Source: Leucoraja erinacea
Taxonomy: Eukaryota
Length of the DNA: 64,000 bases
Assembly: GCF_028641065.1 (NCBI RefSeq)
Contig: NC_073385.1
Coordinates: 49,166,001-49,230,000, forward strand
Direction of reading: 5' to 3'
The notes under the pieces were generated by a model that saw nothing but the letters and a program-made list of their open reading frames with translations, was not told the DNA's origin and ran no database searches. Within the stretch, counting starts at the first letter, position 1, and every line of letters begins with the position of its first letter. This document shows, piece after piece, positions 11,992-24,271 of this stretch. A program made the position numbers and the translations under genes.

Positions 11992-13679
11992 ATATATATG
12001 TTTTACATATATATCTTAATTTCATTGAACCATATACGGTTGAATATGTGGCATTATTTTCGTCTTGTTTCTATAGTCAAAGGGTAAGGTTAATTGATTT
12101 ATTTGGGCAGAACAGTGATGGAAGTCTGACTCCTCTTGCCTTGTTTCTATGTTTTTGTTTCTCTATATATATGCATAACAGCATGAATTATAATCTGATT
12201 TCCATACATGAATATACTAAGGTCATTCATGTGCTGCACCTGTTGATCAGAGCCTGGCTCTACTGTGGAATGTAATTAGGAATGTAATTTAGCCTAACCT
12301 TATTCATACCTAATCCAATTTGAAGCATAAATGTTGCATTCAAGTGTAAGTTAAAAGACTCGCAACAGTATGCACCAGATTGCACAATTTCATGCTGAAA
12401 AATGCAAAAGCTCCCAACCATGGGAGGGGGGACATCCCTCCCTCATCCTCTCCCCCTCGGTCACTACACTCCCTCGCAATTTCCCACTCTCAACTCTCAC
12501 CCAATGTTGGCAGCCTTGGTAGCTTGGTGATTCTATGTCAAAAGTATGTAATGAGGTGTTTTTGTAAGGGGGGGGGGGGGGGGGTGAATGGTTGTGGTGA
12601 GGGGGGTGATCCATTATTGAAAATGGTTGCCCAAATTCAAGGCAAGTGAACAATTATTTTTGGGCAGCCTCAAGTGCAGCTGTGGGGGTTTAGCTGCATT
12701 CAAACTGACCCGCCTGCACTTCATTGCTTTTGAAAGAGCTGGATGTCTGCACCAAGCCTGCGAGCTGTTGCAATGGAAACACGTCTGACAAGATCAATTT
12801 CAAAGCAGTATTGGAGATGTCATTTTTGGCAGCTGGTAGCATAGATTTTATCCATGACTTAATACGCAAATGGACTACTATTGGAATGCCAACTGTGAAA
12901 ATGAACAATTTATAAATCTTTTTGCTTTTGCACTGTTCTTGCCAAGAGCTTACTTTGCCTGAAATGAAGAGTGAAAGCATGATAGTGTTTTCACCAGTCT
13001 TTTCAAACCCCCAGCTTCTTGATATTTGATTTGCTTCATCTTTCTCAGAGTATTTCATAACCTTGAAGAGATTCAGTTTGTCAAAATTCTGTCAATTGAA
13101 TTATCGTGTTTACTCAGGCAAGACGGGAGAGAAAATATTTTTGCTGATAATATTTTCAGAGCACAAGGATCATTGTTATTTATGGCTGGAAGAGGCAGGG
13201 CATATCCACGGTTTATATCGACTCATATCTAATTTAACAGGATTGGACAGCTGTACTGCTTGTCAGTGGAGAAAATGTATTCTAAGCCCTGACTTTCAAA
13301 ACGAGTTGGGTATGGAAGTATATTGCATTAATATGTGTGTGTCTCAGAGGCCTTGGAAGAGAAATGACATGAGAACTTCAGGCAGGGCAGCAGAAACCTT
13401 TAACAAAAAACTTTTATTTTAAAGAGCTATTTTAAAGAGGTGCAGATCAATTCTTCTTACCTTTCAAAGGATATGCTTGTGATCGAGGGAATGCAAATGA
13501 AAATTCACCAGATTTATTCCTGGGTGGAAGTTTATCCAATGCTGAGAAATTAAGAAGAATCGGACAATATTCTCTGAAGTTTTGAAGAATGAGAGGTGAT
13601 ACCCAAAGTTCTTAAGGGCATTGGAATGATAGATGCAGGAGGAATAATGTTTTCCCAATGATGTTTCTCCAGGGACCAG

Positions 13680-14255
13680 GAAACAGCTCCATCCAAGACC
13701 ACAAGAAATTACAGAGAGTTGTCAACATAATCCAGATCATCACACAAACCAACCTCCCGTCAACTCACTCCATCTACACTTCACACTGCTTCGGCATGGC
13801 CATCAGCAGAATCAAGGACCAGTCTCACCCCAAACACTCCCTCTTCAGGCACAAGGTACTGAAGTGTGAAAACGCATACCTCCAGTTTCAGTGACAGTTT
13901 CTACTCAGCTGTTCTCAGGCTACTGAACCATCCTATCACCAACTAGAGAGCAGTCCTGAGCTACCTTCTACCTCATAAGGGATCCTCGGACTATCATTAA
14001 TCGGTCTTTATCTTGTACTAAACCTTATTCCCTTTATCCTGTATCTGTACACTGTGGACGGCTTGATTGGAATCATGTATAGCCTTTTCACTGAAGAAAG
14101 ACACAAAAAGCTGAAGTAACTCAGCAGGACAGGCAGCATATCTGGAGAGAAGGAATGGGTAGCGTTTCGGGTTGAGACCCTTCCTTTTTCACTGACTGGA
14201 TAGCACGCAACAAAAAAGCTTGTCATTGTATCTCGGTACATCAGACAATAATAAA
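13680..14255 (+). mobile_element. Rex1/Babar-like 3' fragment with a nested ~90-bp PLE-derived insert (14095-14185)
   Basis: Translation NSSIQDHKKLQRVV..TQTNLPS..IYTSHC..IKDQSHP matches the 46531 ORF. The insert is flanked by TTTTCACTGA at 14085-14094 and 14186-14195. Confidence 0.8.
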
Positions 14256-15457
14256 TTAGGCTAATTTCTCAATTAAGGAGCTGGATATTCATGACTACGA
14301 TGTGAAGAAATATCTTCTCGCAAAGGGAACGTTTTAGGGATTCTCTCCCAAATGGGTTGTGGAGGTTCAGTTGCTGAGTAAATTCAAGGCAAATATTGAT
14401 AGAGCCTTGGATATGAAGGGAATCAAGGAAAAAAATGGCTTGATGGAGGAAATGATGTTGAAAGTAAAAGATCAACCATGATCCTGTAAACTAGCAGAGA
14501 TACAGAACATAAGCTGTTGTTATAAATGATCACAGCAAACTCGAGGAAAAGAAAAAGATTTTTAAGCAGTGCATGATATCATGAATTAGAAGTTTATGTT
14601 CTTTAAGTCTGAAGTTTTACTCAAGGGTTGACAACGGCTTCTGGCAACTTGGTGATGTGCACTGCGCTCCATTAAACACGCAATCGTGCACGCACACATG
14701 TATGTGGGTGTTGCATCTTGCCAGTGATAAAAATAACAATTGACTTTTTCCTCCAACACTGGAGGATCAAATCCTATCAACAAAGCTGCCTGGGACGTTC
14801 GTTGATTCTGAAGTTTAAAATCTTTGGTTTCTTCCGTCTAATAACTGATGTCAAATTGCCAAGGTAGTCAGCATCCTGTCCAAGGTACTGATTTCAGTTT
14901 GACAATAGCACCATTATAATGCTAAAGCAGAATTGGCTTCATTTTACTGCAATTACACATAATGTATTGGACAGCTCTGACATAATGTGGATGGCAGTCA
15001 CATCATGTCAAACAAGACATGATTTGTTGAGCCCAAGGTGATAAAAGTCCAGGAGGGAAGCCATCCTCCAGAAAATGATAGGACAACCACACATTTTCTC
15101 CGGAGCAGTGACAGACAGTGAGTTTGCTTTTACCACTTTGAAGCAATGCTGCTGCAGGGAGAACAAAAGACAATTAATGAGGTATAGGCTTGCTGTCTGA
15201 GCCGGCATAGCCTCGATGGGCCAAAATAGTCCATTTGAATGTCGTCAGAAAATATGTAACATCAAAGCAAAATGTATTCTTTCCCCCCCCAAAAAATATG
15301 ATCTCGCTTTCTCCATATCTCTCAATTAAACACCATCTGTGGTTGGAGAAACAACTGCAGGCGCTGGCTTACAAAAAAGGACACAAAGTGCTGGAGTAAG
15401 AGGATTTATATGAATCTGAAGAAGGGTCCTGACCCAAAATGCCACCCATCCATGTTT

Positions 15458-15681
15458 TGTTTAAGAAGGAACTGCAGATGCTGGAAAATCAAAGATAGAC
15501 AAAATAGCTGGAGAAACTTAGCGGGTGAGGCAGCATCTATGCAGCGAAGGAAATAGGCAACATTTCAGGTCGAGACCCTTCTTCAGACTGCAGAAGAGTC
15601 TCAACCCAAAATGTTGCCTTTTTCCTACGCTCCATAGATGCTGCCTCACCTGCTGAGTTTCTACAGCATTTTTGTCTACCT
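15458..15681. mobile_element. Palindromic PLE-terminal-repeat-derived element inserted in an older related copy (15345-15457)
   Basis: Arms of ~90 bp (AGACAAAA..GCTGGAGAAACT.AGCGGGTGAGGCAGCATCTATG / CATAGATGCTGCCTCACCTGCTGAGTTTCT.CAGCATTTTTGTCT) centred near 15588. TSD ATCCATGTTT at 15448-15457 and 15682-15691. Confidence 0.8.
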
Positions 15682-15691
15682 ATCCATGTTT

Positions 15692-15895
15692 CGTTTAGTT
15701 TAGTTTAGTTTAGAGATACAGCATGGAAACAGGCCCTTTTGTCCACTGGGTTCGCTCAGACCAGTGATCCCCGTACACTAGTAATATCCTACACACTAAG
15801 AACAATTTACAATCTTTACCCAGCCAATTTACCTGCAAACCTGTACATCTTTGGAGTGTGGGTGGAAACTGAATCACCCGGGGAAAACCCATGCA
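15692..15895 (-). mobile_element. V-SINE 3' portion
   Basis: (TTTAG)n tail, AGAGATACAGCATGGAAACAGGCCC and CTTTGGAGTGTGGG core; followed by a + strand CR1 tail at ~15900-16035. Confidence 0.8.
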
Positions 15896-16263
15896 GTCAA
15901 CAATTAAATAGGTACATGGATAGGACAGGTTTGGAGGGATATGGGCCAAATGCACTAGTATAGATGAGACATGTTGGTTGGAATGGGCAATTTGGGTTGA
16001 AGGGCCTGTTTCCACACTGTATCACTCTATGACTATAAATATTAAACCACCTTCCATTTCACCTCCTTTTGGGCAGTGCACTTAGGTGGCATAACTCTTG
16101 ATTTACTTTGAAATGGGCCATCTCAGCAAGGAAGAAAAATGAATTGGCTTCAGCATCCACGAGCTGATCATGAAAGAGAGTGAAGAAGTATTCATTAGGA
16201 GTCCTGCTTGCCATACCATCCATCTTCAAGAACAGATGCAGGGCTAACAGGTAATTACATAAG

Positions 16264-16357
16264 ATAGACACAAAGTGCTGGAGTAATTCAGCGGGTCAGG
16301 CATCATCTCCAGAGAAAAAGGATGGGTGACATTTTGGATTGGAACCCTTCTTCAGAC
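16264..16357 (-). mobile_element. 94-bp PLE-terminal-repeat insert
   Basis: GACACAAAGTGCTGGAGTAA..CCCTTCTTCAGAC flanked by a 13-bp TSD GTAATT(A/G)CATAAG at 16251-16263 and 16358-16370. Confidence 0.8.
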
Positions 16358-17354
16358 GTAATTGCATAAGCCTGCTTGTAGCGTGTGATGCCTTAGACAA
16401 TCCGCCGTTAAATTGTTTCATATCGTACTTCAAGATAGTAAGCCTAAACAAGATCAAAGGGCATGGAATGCATGACAGTCAAAATAGGAAATGAAAGCTG
16501 ATATCAAAATAATTGTTGCAACATCCTGAGGGCATTTTGATCCTATCTGGGCAAAATGTTCACTTAATAATTTTAGCAAAAAAAAATCCCATCATGGTGT
16601 TTTTCCACCATAAATAGTCGTGAAAGATGCAAGTCACAAAAAATATAACTCCGAAGGTACTCATGTCCTTTTAAATGAACCCTATGAGTTGACGGTTCGA
16701 CCACTGATGTAAACGGTCTGGATTCATCAGAGGTTGACTGGCATCAGCATCTTGGACAAGATGCCGACTACCTTCTGAAATTGACATTAGTTATTAGACA
16801 GAAAAAGCCAAGATTTTAAGTTCAGAAACTTCAAACTGGGAGGAACAGTAGAACAGCTGAACAACTCCTCGAGTGTCTTTGCAGCACTGCTTGTATCCCA
16901 GGAGGAACTCTCCTGCTCTTCTGGAAATGTGGAAAGGATTTCAACTGAAAGGATCAGTAATTAGCTGAATGAATAGGAAACTGGCTAAAGGTCGAGAGCT
17001 GTCGTCACTGGTTGGTTTTTGGGATGGGAGATTTCCTCAAAACCTGTAAACTGAGTAGTTATCTCCCCCTAAGACACTGGTGACCTGCTTGTGCTCTCCA
17101 TGTACAATCTTATATCATGCAATCAAACCCACTTGCAGTTAGCACCCCTTTGCAAACAACACCACTCCTACAACTGAGATAGTCAACTGAGAAAAACTGC
17201 AGATTTTAAAAAGTGCAAAGGTCGCAATGAGGAAGGTTGGAAGATTGGGACAACCCACTTACTTAATGAAAGGATTGTTCAGAAGCCTTAAGTCAGTGGG
17301 GAAGAAACAGTTCCTGAATCTGGTGGTATGTATGGTAAAGTGGGCACAGGTGCA

Positions 17355-17612
17355 TTCATAGGTTTTTGGAGCAGAATTAGGCCATTTGGCCCATCAAGTC
17401 CATGCCATTCAATCATGGCTGATCTATCTTTCCCTCTCAACCCCATTTTTGTGCCTTCTACCCATATCCCCTGACACACTTATTAATCAAGAATCTGTCA
17501 ATCTCTGCCTTAAATATATCCATTCACTAGGCCTCCATAGCTGTCAGTGGTAATGCATTTCACAGATTCACCACCCTCTGACTGAAGAAATTCCTCCTCA
17601 TCTCCTTTCTAA
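17355..17612 (-). mobile_element. CR1 LINE 3' fragment
   Basis: GCAGAATTAGGCCATT.GGCCCATCAAGTC..GCCATTCAATCATGGCTGATC..CACAGATTCACCACCCTCTG. Confidence 0.8.
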
Positions 17613-18005
17613 GTTGTGAGTGTAATGGAAGTATAATAAAGGGGCGAGAATGCATCCTTGCAGGGTACTGGTGTGGAGTATTATTGTGAAGGATGTTTCG
17701 CCCCCCATTCTGACTGTTTTGGGGTCTACGGGTAGGAAGTTGAGAATACAGTTGCAGAGGAATTGCTGACTCGTAGGTCCAGGAAGTTTGTCGATGTGTT
17801 TGGATGAGATTATGGTGTTGAAGGCGGAATCAATTAGCAGTCTGTTGTAGATATTCTTATTGGCCAGATGTTCCAGCAAAGAATGTAGTGTCTGGGACAA
17901 TGAGCTGTCGTGATGGTAGGTGAATTCCAATGGATCAAGCAGTCTGAGGGGCTGGAATTAATGTGTACCATTAACGGCCTTTCAAAACACTTCATGAAGA
18001 TGGAT
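17613..18005 (-). mobile_element. Degenerate Rex1/Babar RT fragment
   Basis: Translation IDSAFNTII..CNCILNFL..LQGCILAPLLYFHYTHN parallels the RT at 1311-1700. Confidence 0.75.
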
Positions 18006-18039
18006 GTGGTGATGGACCAGCAGGTGAGATTAATTAGTT

Positions 18040-18362
18040 TTGTTTAATTTAGATTAATTTAGAGATACAGCATGGAAACAGGTCCTTTCGCCCACAGAGT
18101 CTGTGCTGACCAACAATCACCCGTACACCAGTTCGGTTTTATCCCACCTTTGCATCCTACACACTTGGGGCAATTTACAGAAGCCAATTAACCGACAAAC
18201 CTGCAAGTTTTAGGAATGTGGGAAGAAACCACAACACCCGGAGAAAGCCCATGCGGTAACAAGGAGAATGTACAAACTTCACACAGACAGCACCTGTAGT
18301 CGGGATCAATACCGGTTCACGGACACTGTAAGGCATCAACTCTACCACTGTGCCATTGTGCC
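18040..18362 (-). mobile_element. V-SINE, full length
   Basis: Reverse complement of the 11720-11991 layout (tail, V-core, tRNA-derived head). Confidence 0.85.
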
Positions 18363-18782
18363 AATCCCGAATGTGAAGAAATGAGCTTTAAAAACTACAC
18401 AATTTAGAGCTTTCATACCCAAATGCACTCAATATTGTAAATAAAATCAATGAATTAGTGCACTAATTCACGAATATCAAGACATTTTAGTACCGCCTAT
18501 GAAGTTGATGTTACATAATGTTCAACATAATACAAATGGACATTAGCAGTTGAAGTCAGCAGCTTGACTACCGTATCACACAATATCTTTACCAGCACTG
18601 CAATTTCTGCAAATCTGAAATGAGAACAGAAATACTCACTTGGATAGGTCACATCTGTGGAGAGAGAACCATTTAACGTTTCCAGCCAATAACCTTACAT
18701 CAGAAGTAAAACAAATTTTAAATTGCAGACAGATTGGGTGAAGATGAACAAAAAGGGGGGGCCGTGACCGGGTGGCGATCTT

Positions 18783-19052
18783 TAGACTATACAGATACAG
18801 CACGGAAAGTACATGCTAACTAGTGATCACCCCCTACACTAACTTTATCCTACACACTAGGGACAATTTCCAAGTTTTTACAGAACACAATTAACCTACA
18901 AAACTGTACGTCTCTTTGGACGCACAGGATCACACGGAGAAAACCCATGTACTCACAGGGATAATGTACAAACTCCGTACAGACAGCACCCATTGTCAGG
19001 ATCGAACCCAGGTCTCTGGCGCTGTAAGGCAGCATCTCTACTGCTGCGCCAC
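18783..19052 (-). mobile_element. V-SINE
   Basis: CAGGATCGAACCCAGGTCTCTGGCGCTGTAAGGCAGC..CTACTGCTGCGCCAC is the reverse complement of the A/B-box head. Confidence 0.85.
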
Positions 19053-19399
19053 TCTGTTAAATTCTCAACAGGAATATAGGAACAGGAATTCTCAACAACT
19101 ATATAGGTTAATTCCCGGGATGGCGGAAACTGTCCCATATGCTGAGAGACCAGGGGGAGCAGCTAAGGGGCTTTGTACACATTTTCTGAGAGTTTAGAAG
19201 GATGAGAGGTGAGGTTCTTGCTTTTGAAACAGTAATAGCAGCAGGGGATATGGGGAAAAGGCAGGGACGGGGTTGATGTAATAGCCAGATCACGCATGGC
19301 GGTGCTTTGGATGGCCTAGTAGTAACTAAGGATGCGGTCCAAGTCAGGGTAGCTAATCTTGGATTTCAAGAAAAGGGTGGGAAAATCATGCTTCACAGT

Positions 19400-19745
19400 G
19401 GTGGGAAATCCTCTGGAATTTTTTGAGCGGATTTGGAAAGTAGTAACATGGACAAGGTAGAGCCAGTGGATGTAATGTACCTGGACTTTCAGAAAACATT
19501 TGATAAGGTCCCACACAGGAGATTAGTGGGCAAAATTAAAGCACATGGTATTGGGGGTAGGGTATTGACATGGATAGAAAATTGGTTGGCAGACAGGAAA
19601 CAAAGAGTTGGGGTTAACAGGTCCCTTTCGGAATGGCAGGCAGTAACTAGTAGGGTGCCGCAAGGCTCAGTGCTGGGACCGCAGCTATTTACAATGTACA
19701 TTAATGATTTAGATGAAGGAATTAAAACTAACATTAGCAAATTTG
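19400..19745 (+). mobile_element. CR1-clade LINE reverse transcriptase fragment
   Basis: VDVMYLDFQKTFDKVPHRRL..GIGGRVLTWIENWLADRKQRV..VPQGSVLGPQLFTMYINDLD..ISKF. Confidence 0.92.
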
Positions 19746-19900
19746 AACTAAAGTGGCAACTAGAAGCTCTGGGTCACCCCTGCAGAAGGAGTGGATGTTG
19801 GCCACAAAACGCTCACCAAATCTGTGTTTGGTTTCCCCATTGTGGAGGAGACTATTGTGCGGGCACTGAATGCAGTTTCGTAAATTGGCAATGCTCCAGG
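19746..19900 (-). mobile_element. Degenerate PLE GIY-YIG fragment
   Basis: NLRNCIQC..LLHNGETKHRFGERFVANIHS parallels NLIYCVRC..IYIGETKRRLGDRFAEHLRS of the 30752 ORF. Confidence 0.7.
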
Positions 19901-20840
19901 ATGCAAGTTGCTGGTTTGAGGGCACCTTTCAACAAAAAAATAAAACAAGTATTGAATGATATGAAAAGAATAACACCTTCACCTTGAGCTGGAAACTGTA
20001 AAAGCCCTTTAAATAATCAACCTTTAAATAATTAGCCCTTTAAATAATCAACCTGTCAATAATGGAGCATCAGTCGGCACTCCCTTAGAATGATTAGAAT
20101 TTGGTTCCTTAAAGGAACAGATGGGCACAATAATGTTCACAACAGAAGACACATATGTGTGCATTGCATTGGTAATAACACATCTTTACCAAAACCGTCA
20201 GTTCATAAATTTAAAAAAAACACACACACACCACAACAACGAAGTTTGCTTTTTTGAGAGTGTTGTGGGATTGCGGGGAGCTGTGTCATATTTGCTTGGG
20301 ATGATCTTGGAAAGTTTTTTTTTAATTTTTAGCCAGCTCTCGAAGAATATACAATATGGCACAGAAAATGGTGGGAATCCTCAGCAATTGTGACATCACC
20401 TGACAGAGAAAAACAAGAATCACCAATTCAGATCAATCTTTTGGTCAGCACAGGAAATGCTAACCCTCTAAGCTTGCTAACTGTTTCCAGCAATAGTGTC
20501 AACTTCAGACTTCCAGCATTTGCATGTTTTATTTTTGCTTTTATTAATAAATATTTCCAATTAAATAAAATCTACTAAACAGAGAAAGGTTTCACTGTTT
20601 TTTTTTCCATGTTGGAAGAAGACAGGGATAGGAAAAAAAACAATTTTATAGCCCCAAATTGATGGATGTGAATACGCCAACCAACCATCAGCCCAGGCTA
20701 TAGGAAATTAAATTTGTGCAACTGAAAAGTCCTTGATTCAATGTTCAGTCTATGTTGAGAATGCTAACCTTATCCAGGGCAGGTTTTGGGGAATGGAGGG
20801 ATATGGATCAGGTGAAGACAGTTGGAATTAGTTTAATATT

Positions 20841-21064
20841 AGCCAGTTCATTGTTCATTATAGCCAGTTCATTAGCCAGTTCATTGACTATATTTAAGAG
20901 GGCGTTAGATGTGGCCCTTGTGGCCAAGGGGATCAGGGGGTATGGAGAGTAGGCAGGTACGGGAGACTGAGTTGGATAATCAGCCATGATCATATTGAAT
21001 GGCGGTGCAGGCTCGAAGGGCCGAATGGCCTACTCCTGCACCTAATTTCTATGTTTCTATGTTT
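20841..21064 (+). mobile_element. Young CR1 3' end with (TTTCTATG)n tail
   Basis: Near-identical in reverse to 63795-64000; ends GGGCCGAATGGCCTACTCCTGCACCTAATTTCTATGTTTCTATG. Confidence 0.88.
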
Positions 21065-21279
21065 ATTATGGTACAATATTTGGCTAGACTTCGTGAGCCA
21101 TGATCAAAGGTGTGATCATAAGATCATAGGTGATAGGAGCACAATTAGGTCATTTGGCCCATCAAGTCTCCTCCGCCATTTTATCATGGCTGACCTATCT
21201 CTCCCTCTTAACCCCATTCTCCTGCCTTCTCCCCATTACCCCTGATACCTTTTTGTGATCCAATTGACATGTACTCGTC

Positions 21280-21497
21280 TCGACGATACACAAAATGCTG
21301 GAGTAACTTAGCGAGACAGGCTGCATCTCTGGAGAGAAGGAATAAGTGAAGGAAGGTCCGAAGAAGGGTCCGAAGAAGGATTTTGACCCAAAACGTCACC
21401 CACCCCTTCACTCCAGAGATGCTGCCTGTCCCACTGTGTTACTCTAGTATATTGTGTCTATCCTCGGTTTAAACCAGCATCTGCAGTTCCTTTCTAC
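21280..21497. mobile_element. Palindromic PLE-terminal-repeat-derived element
   Basis: CTGGAGTAACTTAGCGAGACAGGCTGCATCTCTGGAG is inverted against CTCCAGAGATGCTGCCTGTCCCACTGTGTTACTCTAG; decayed C.GAAGAAGG..CCC.AAACGTCACCC core between them. Confidence 0.75.
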
Positions 21498-22132
21498 ACT
21501 GGGCAAGTCTCAACTTGGGAAGGGAATATCATCCAGCATTCTTTCATAGCTCCAACTACTCCCAGCGGTCTTCACTCCCAAACTCCATCTTGGGCTGCTC
21601 CTTCCGAGCCCCGTCCAGTAATTCTGTTCCCAATTATTATCCCGTACTCTTGCTTAAATTTTGCCTTTGCTGGAGGTTGGTGGTCTGAGAGAAAAAGGTC
21701 ACCCAAGCTCAAACATAAAGAAGTCCAAAGTGACAAGTCCAAAATCTGTGCCCACAGGGAGAATTGAGTCTGACACAGAAAGTGACAAATCTTCTTCTGC
21801 CATGGAAAATACCTTTTCTACTGTAGAGAACCTTGAAATGATTTGGCATTGAATTGGGTTACATTTCATGCTGATTGATGTTAAAAATATAAGGCACCTT
21901 TTAAGAGATCAGGTGTTGGACATATTATTTCAATAACCAATAGTGATAAATAACAGCGTTAATAGTTAGGAGCTGAGTAACGTATAGAGGGATCATACAC
22001 AAGTTGCTGACAAAAAGGGAGATCACAAACATTTATGAACTTTGAAAGCTAAACAGCAGTTAAATGCCATCTTAATCCTAAACATACCAACAACAATGAG
22101 GAGAAACTCTGTCTCAATTGGTTTCATTTAGA

Positions 22133-22138
22133 TTTATT
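22133..22138 (-). terminator. Candidate FUT8 polyadenylation signal (AATAAA)
   Basis: TTTATT on + about 540 nt downstream of the FUT8 stop, in repeat-free sequence. An alternative site lies at 20540-20545. No transcript evidence. Confidence 0.3.
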
Positions 22139-22674
22139 TACTTTTGTTATCAAAGACAATGTCTGGAAATTATGTATTAAAGATTCTGTCCATGATTTTG
22201 CTTTTACAAAAGACTGTGAAATGAGAATGTGCACTTGCTTATTCTGATCCTGCCCACCCTTGCAAAGGACAAGCACTTTCAATTCTTGACAAAATGTCAT
22301 CTTAAGAACAGGCGTGTGAAATGGATAATGTCTTCATGATTACGTACATCTCTTCTGCCTGATAATTTAAACTCTTTCCTTCAAGCCGAGGTTTCAAAGA
22401 CATCTCTGTGCTAATGCTGGGCATGGTTCTTCAGGAAGGTCCAAGGTTGAAGAATGTTAGGCACCATGACTGGACAGACATTTGCTCATGCTCTAACCTG
22501 TACAACGGGTCAGTGTCAGTAACTGAGGGTCACCGTGAATTAATGGCAGACAACCAAACACAACCGGAGGGCGATAGATGCATCTGCACAGAACTCAATT
22601 AAAAAAAAAATTGTTGGCTGGATTTCAGATGTATGGCGAGATACATTCACCACGGCCGCAGAGTGTCCTTGCAG

Positions 22675-23004
22675 TTACTGTGGCTTTTCATTGTCAGCCT
22701 CTGGGTATGTTGGATATTTAATCGTATCAATACTCTCCTTCACTTTGTAAGATGGATAGAGGCCTGTTCGCCCAGATTTCCGATTGATGCCTTTGGAATA
22801 ACCATCCCAGTGGTTGCCAGCCACCCCAATCAGATCTCCAGGCTCCAATACAATCTCCTCTGGATTCTGTGGTTTGTGAGGAGAAATTGCAATCTGATTG
22901 TGCGCATTTTGTCCACCAAAGTAGTAGATGTCATCCAGGGAATGGAAATAACCTGATGCATCTGGGTGTAATGTCTGCATTATCTCATAGGCCACTCGAC
23001 AAAC
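22675..23004 (-). CDS. FUT8: Alpha-(1,6)-fucosyltransferase, last coding exon (end of catalytic domain + SH3 domain)
   Basis: [77 protein letters not shown]. Acceptor tttcccag at 23005-23012; stop TAA at 22675-77. Confidence 0.98.
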   Translation of the reverse strand, partial: VCRVAYEIMQTLHPDASGYFHSLDDIYYFGGQNAHNQIAISPHKPQNPEEIVLEPGDLIGVAGNHWDGYSKGINRKSGRTGLYPSYKVKESIDTIKYPTYPEADNEKPQ

Positions 23005-23914
23005 CTGGGAAACAGAAACGGAATACAAATTGTTCAGACCACTCATTTTAAAGCTGTATCACTTTACAGTGCAAAATAACACATTTGTTTTGGTACTACA
23101 TGTGGAAAGCGCTTAGTATTCTTGTGTAAAGTTTATAGGAGGATTTGGTTTTGGTTGTTTTCCATAAAAGAAGCAAAATATTTCAATATTTGTGTATTTC
23201 ATTAGAACTCACATACTCACCCTATGCACCATGTCAATGATGCCTTCGACAATACTACATACCTTCAACGGACCAAGACAGTGATGCTAATTCAAGGGAT
23301 GGTGAAATTCCGTTAAAGTGAATTAATCATGAAAATGTAGACCAGATATTTACAGGACTGCCAAGAATGAGATGGCTGGCATTAAAACCACAGATTTGTA
23401 GTTCTGTTAGTAATGGCTCTAAATTCATTTGCTCTCACTTGCAAAATCAATCCAGAGTTATACAGCATAGAATCAGATCCTGCAGCCCATCATGTTTATA
23501 TTGACCATCATACCGATTTCTGCCGATCTAATTTGTCTACATTAATTCCGCATCCATCTATGTCTTGCTTAGTCATGCTGTCCATATGCTTCTTCAAGTT
23601 GTAACTGTTCTTAATTTTACCACCTACTTTGGCGTCTCATTTCAAATGCCAACATCTCTTTGTGTAAAACATTTGCCCCTCAGATATCTTTTTAATTCCT
23701 CCGTCTCACCGTAAACTTGTGCCCTCTAGTTTTAGACATCTATCTATCTACACTAGTTCCATGTACTCCCCTCCATCAGTTCCTGGGACATTTTCTTTCA
23801 TACATCCACTGTGTGAACTTCCTTCTGAGATCCCCTTTAAATCTTTCCCTACTTATCTTAAATGTATGCCCTCCAGTATTAGACTCCTCTACCCTTGACA
23901 GATAAAAAATATTT

Positions 23915-24213
23915 TAGTTTAGTTTTGAGCTTAGTTTGGAGATGCAGCATGGAAAAAGGCCCTTCTGCCCACCGAGTCCATGCTGACCATTGATCAACCA
24001 CACACTAGTTCAATGTTACCCCACTTTTGCATCCTGCACACTAGGGGCAATTTACAGAAGCTAATTAACCTGCACATTTTTGGAATATGGGAGGAAACCG
24101 ACGCGGTCACAGGGAGAACATACATACTCTGCACAGAATGCACCTATAGTTAGGATTGATGCCGGGTCTCTGGTGCTGTGAGGCAGCAGCTCTACCACTG
24201 TGACACTGTGCCG
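23915..24213 (-). mobile_element. V-SINE
   Basis: (TTTAG) tail, V-core and reverse-complemented tRNA head ending CTACCACTGTGACACTGTGCCG. Confidence 0.85.
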
Positions 24214-24271
24214 TCGTTGGCTTGATTGTCCTCTCTGGGCATTTATTGATTCACTGATTTAGAACAGCAAA

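Larger units (their letters stand above)
10596..12518. mobile_element. Putative hAT-type non-autonomous DNA transposon carrying nested PLE, CR1 and SINE insertions
   Basis: Left end CAGGGGCCGGCAAC and right end GTTGGCAGCCTTG resemble a CAGGG.TGCCAAC TIR; repeated subterminal CTCTCAC(G) motifs occur at both ends. No TSD found. Confidence 0.45.

Noticed and set aside
23005-23046. N-terminal extension [14 protein letters not shown] of the FUT8 ORF in the track (also 53209-53272)
   Set aside because: Intronic read-through upstream of the AG acceptors, not part of the spliced protein.
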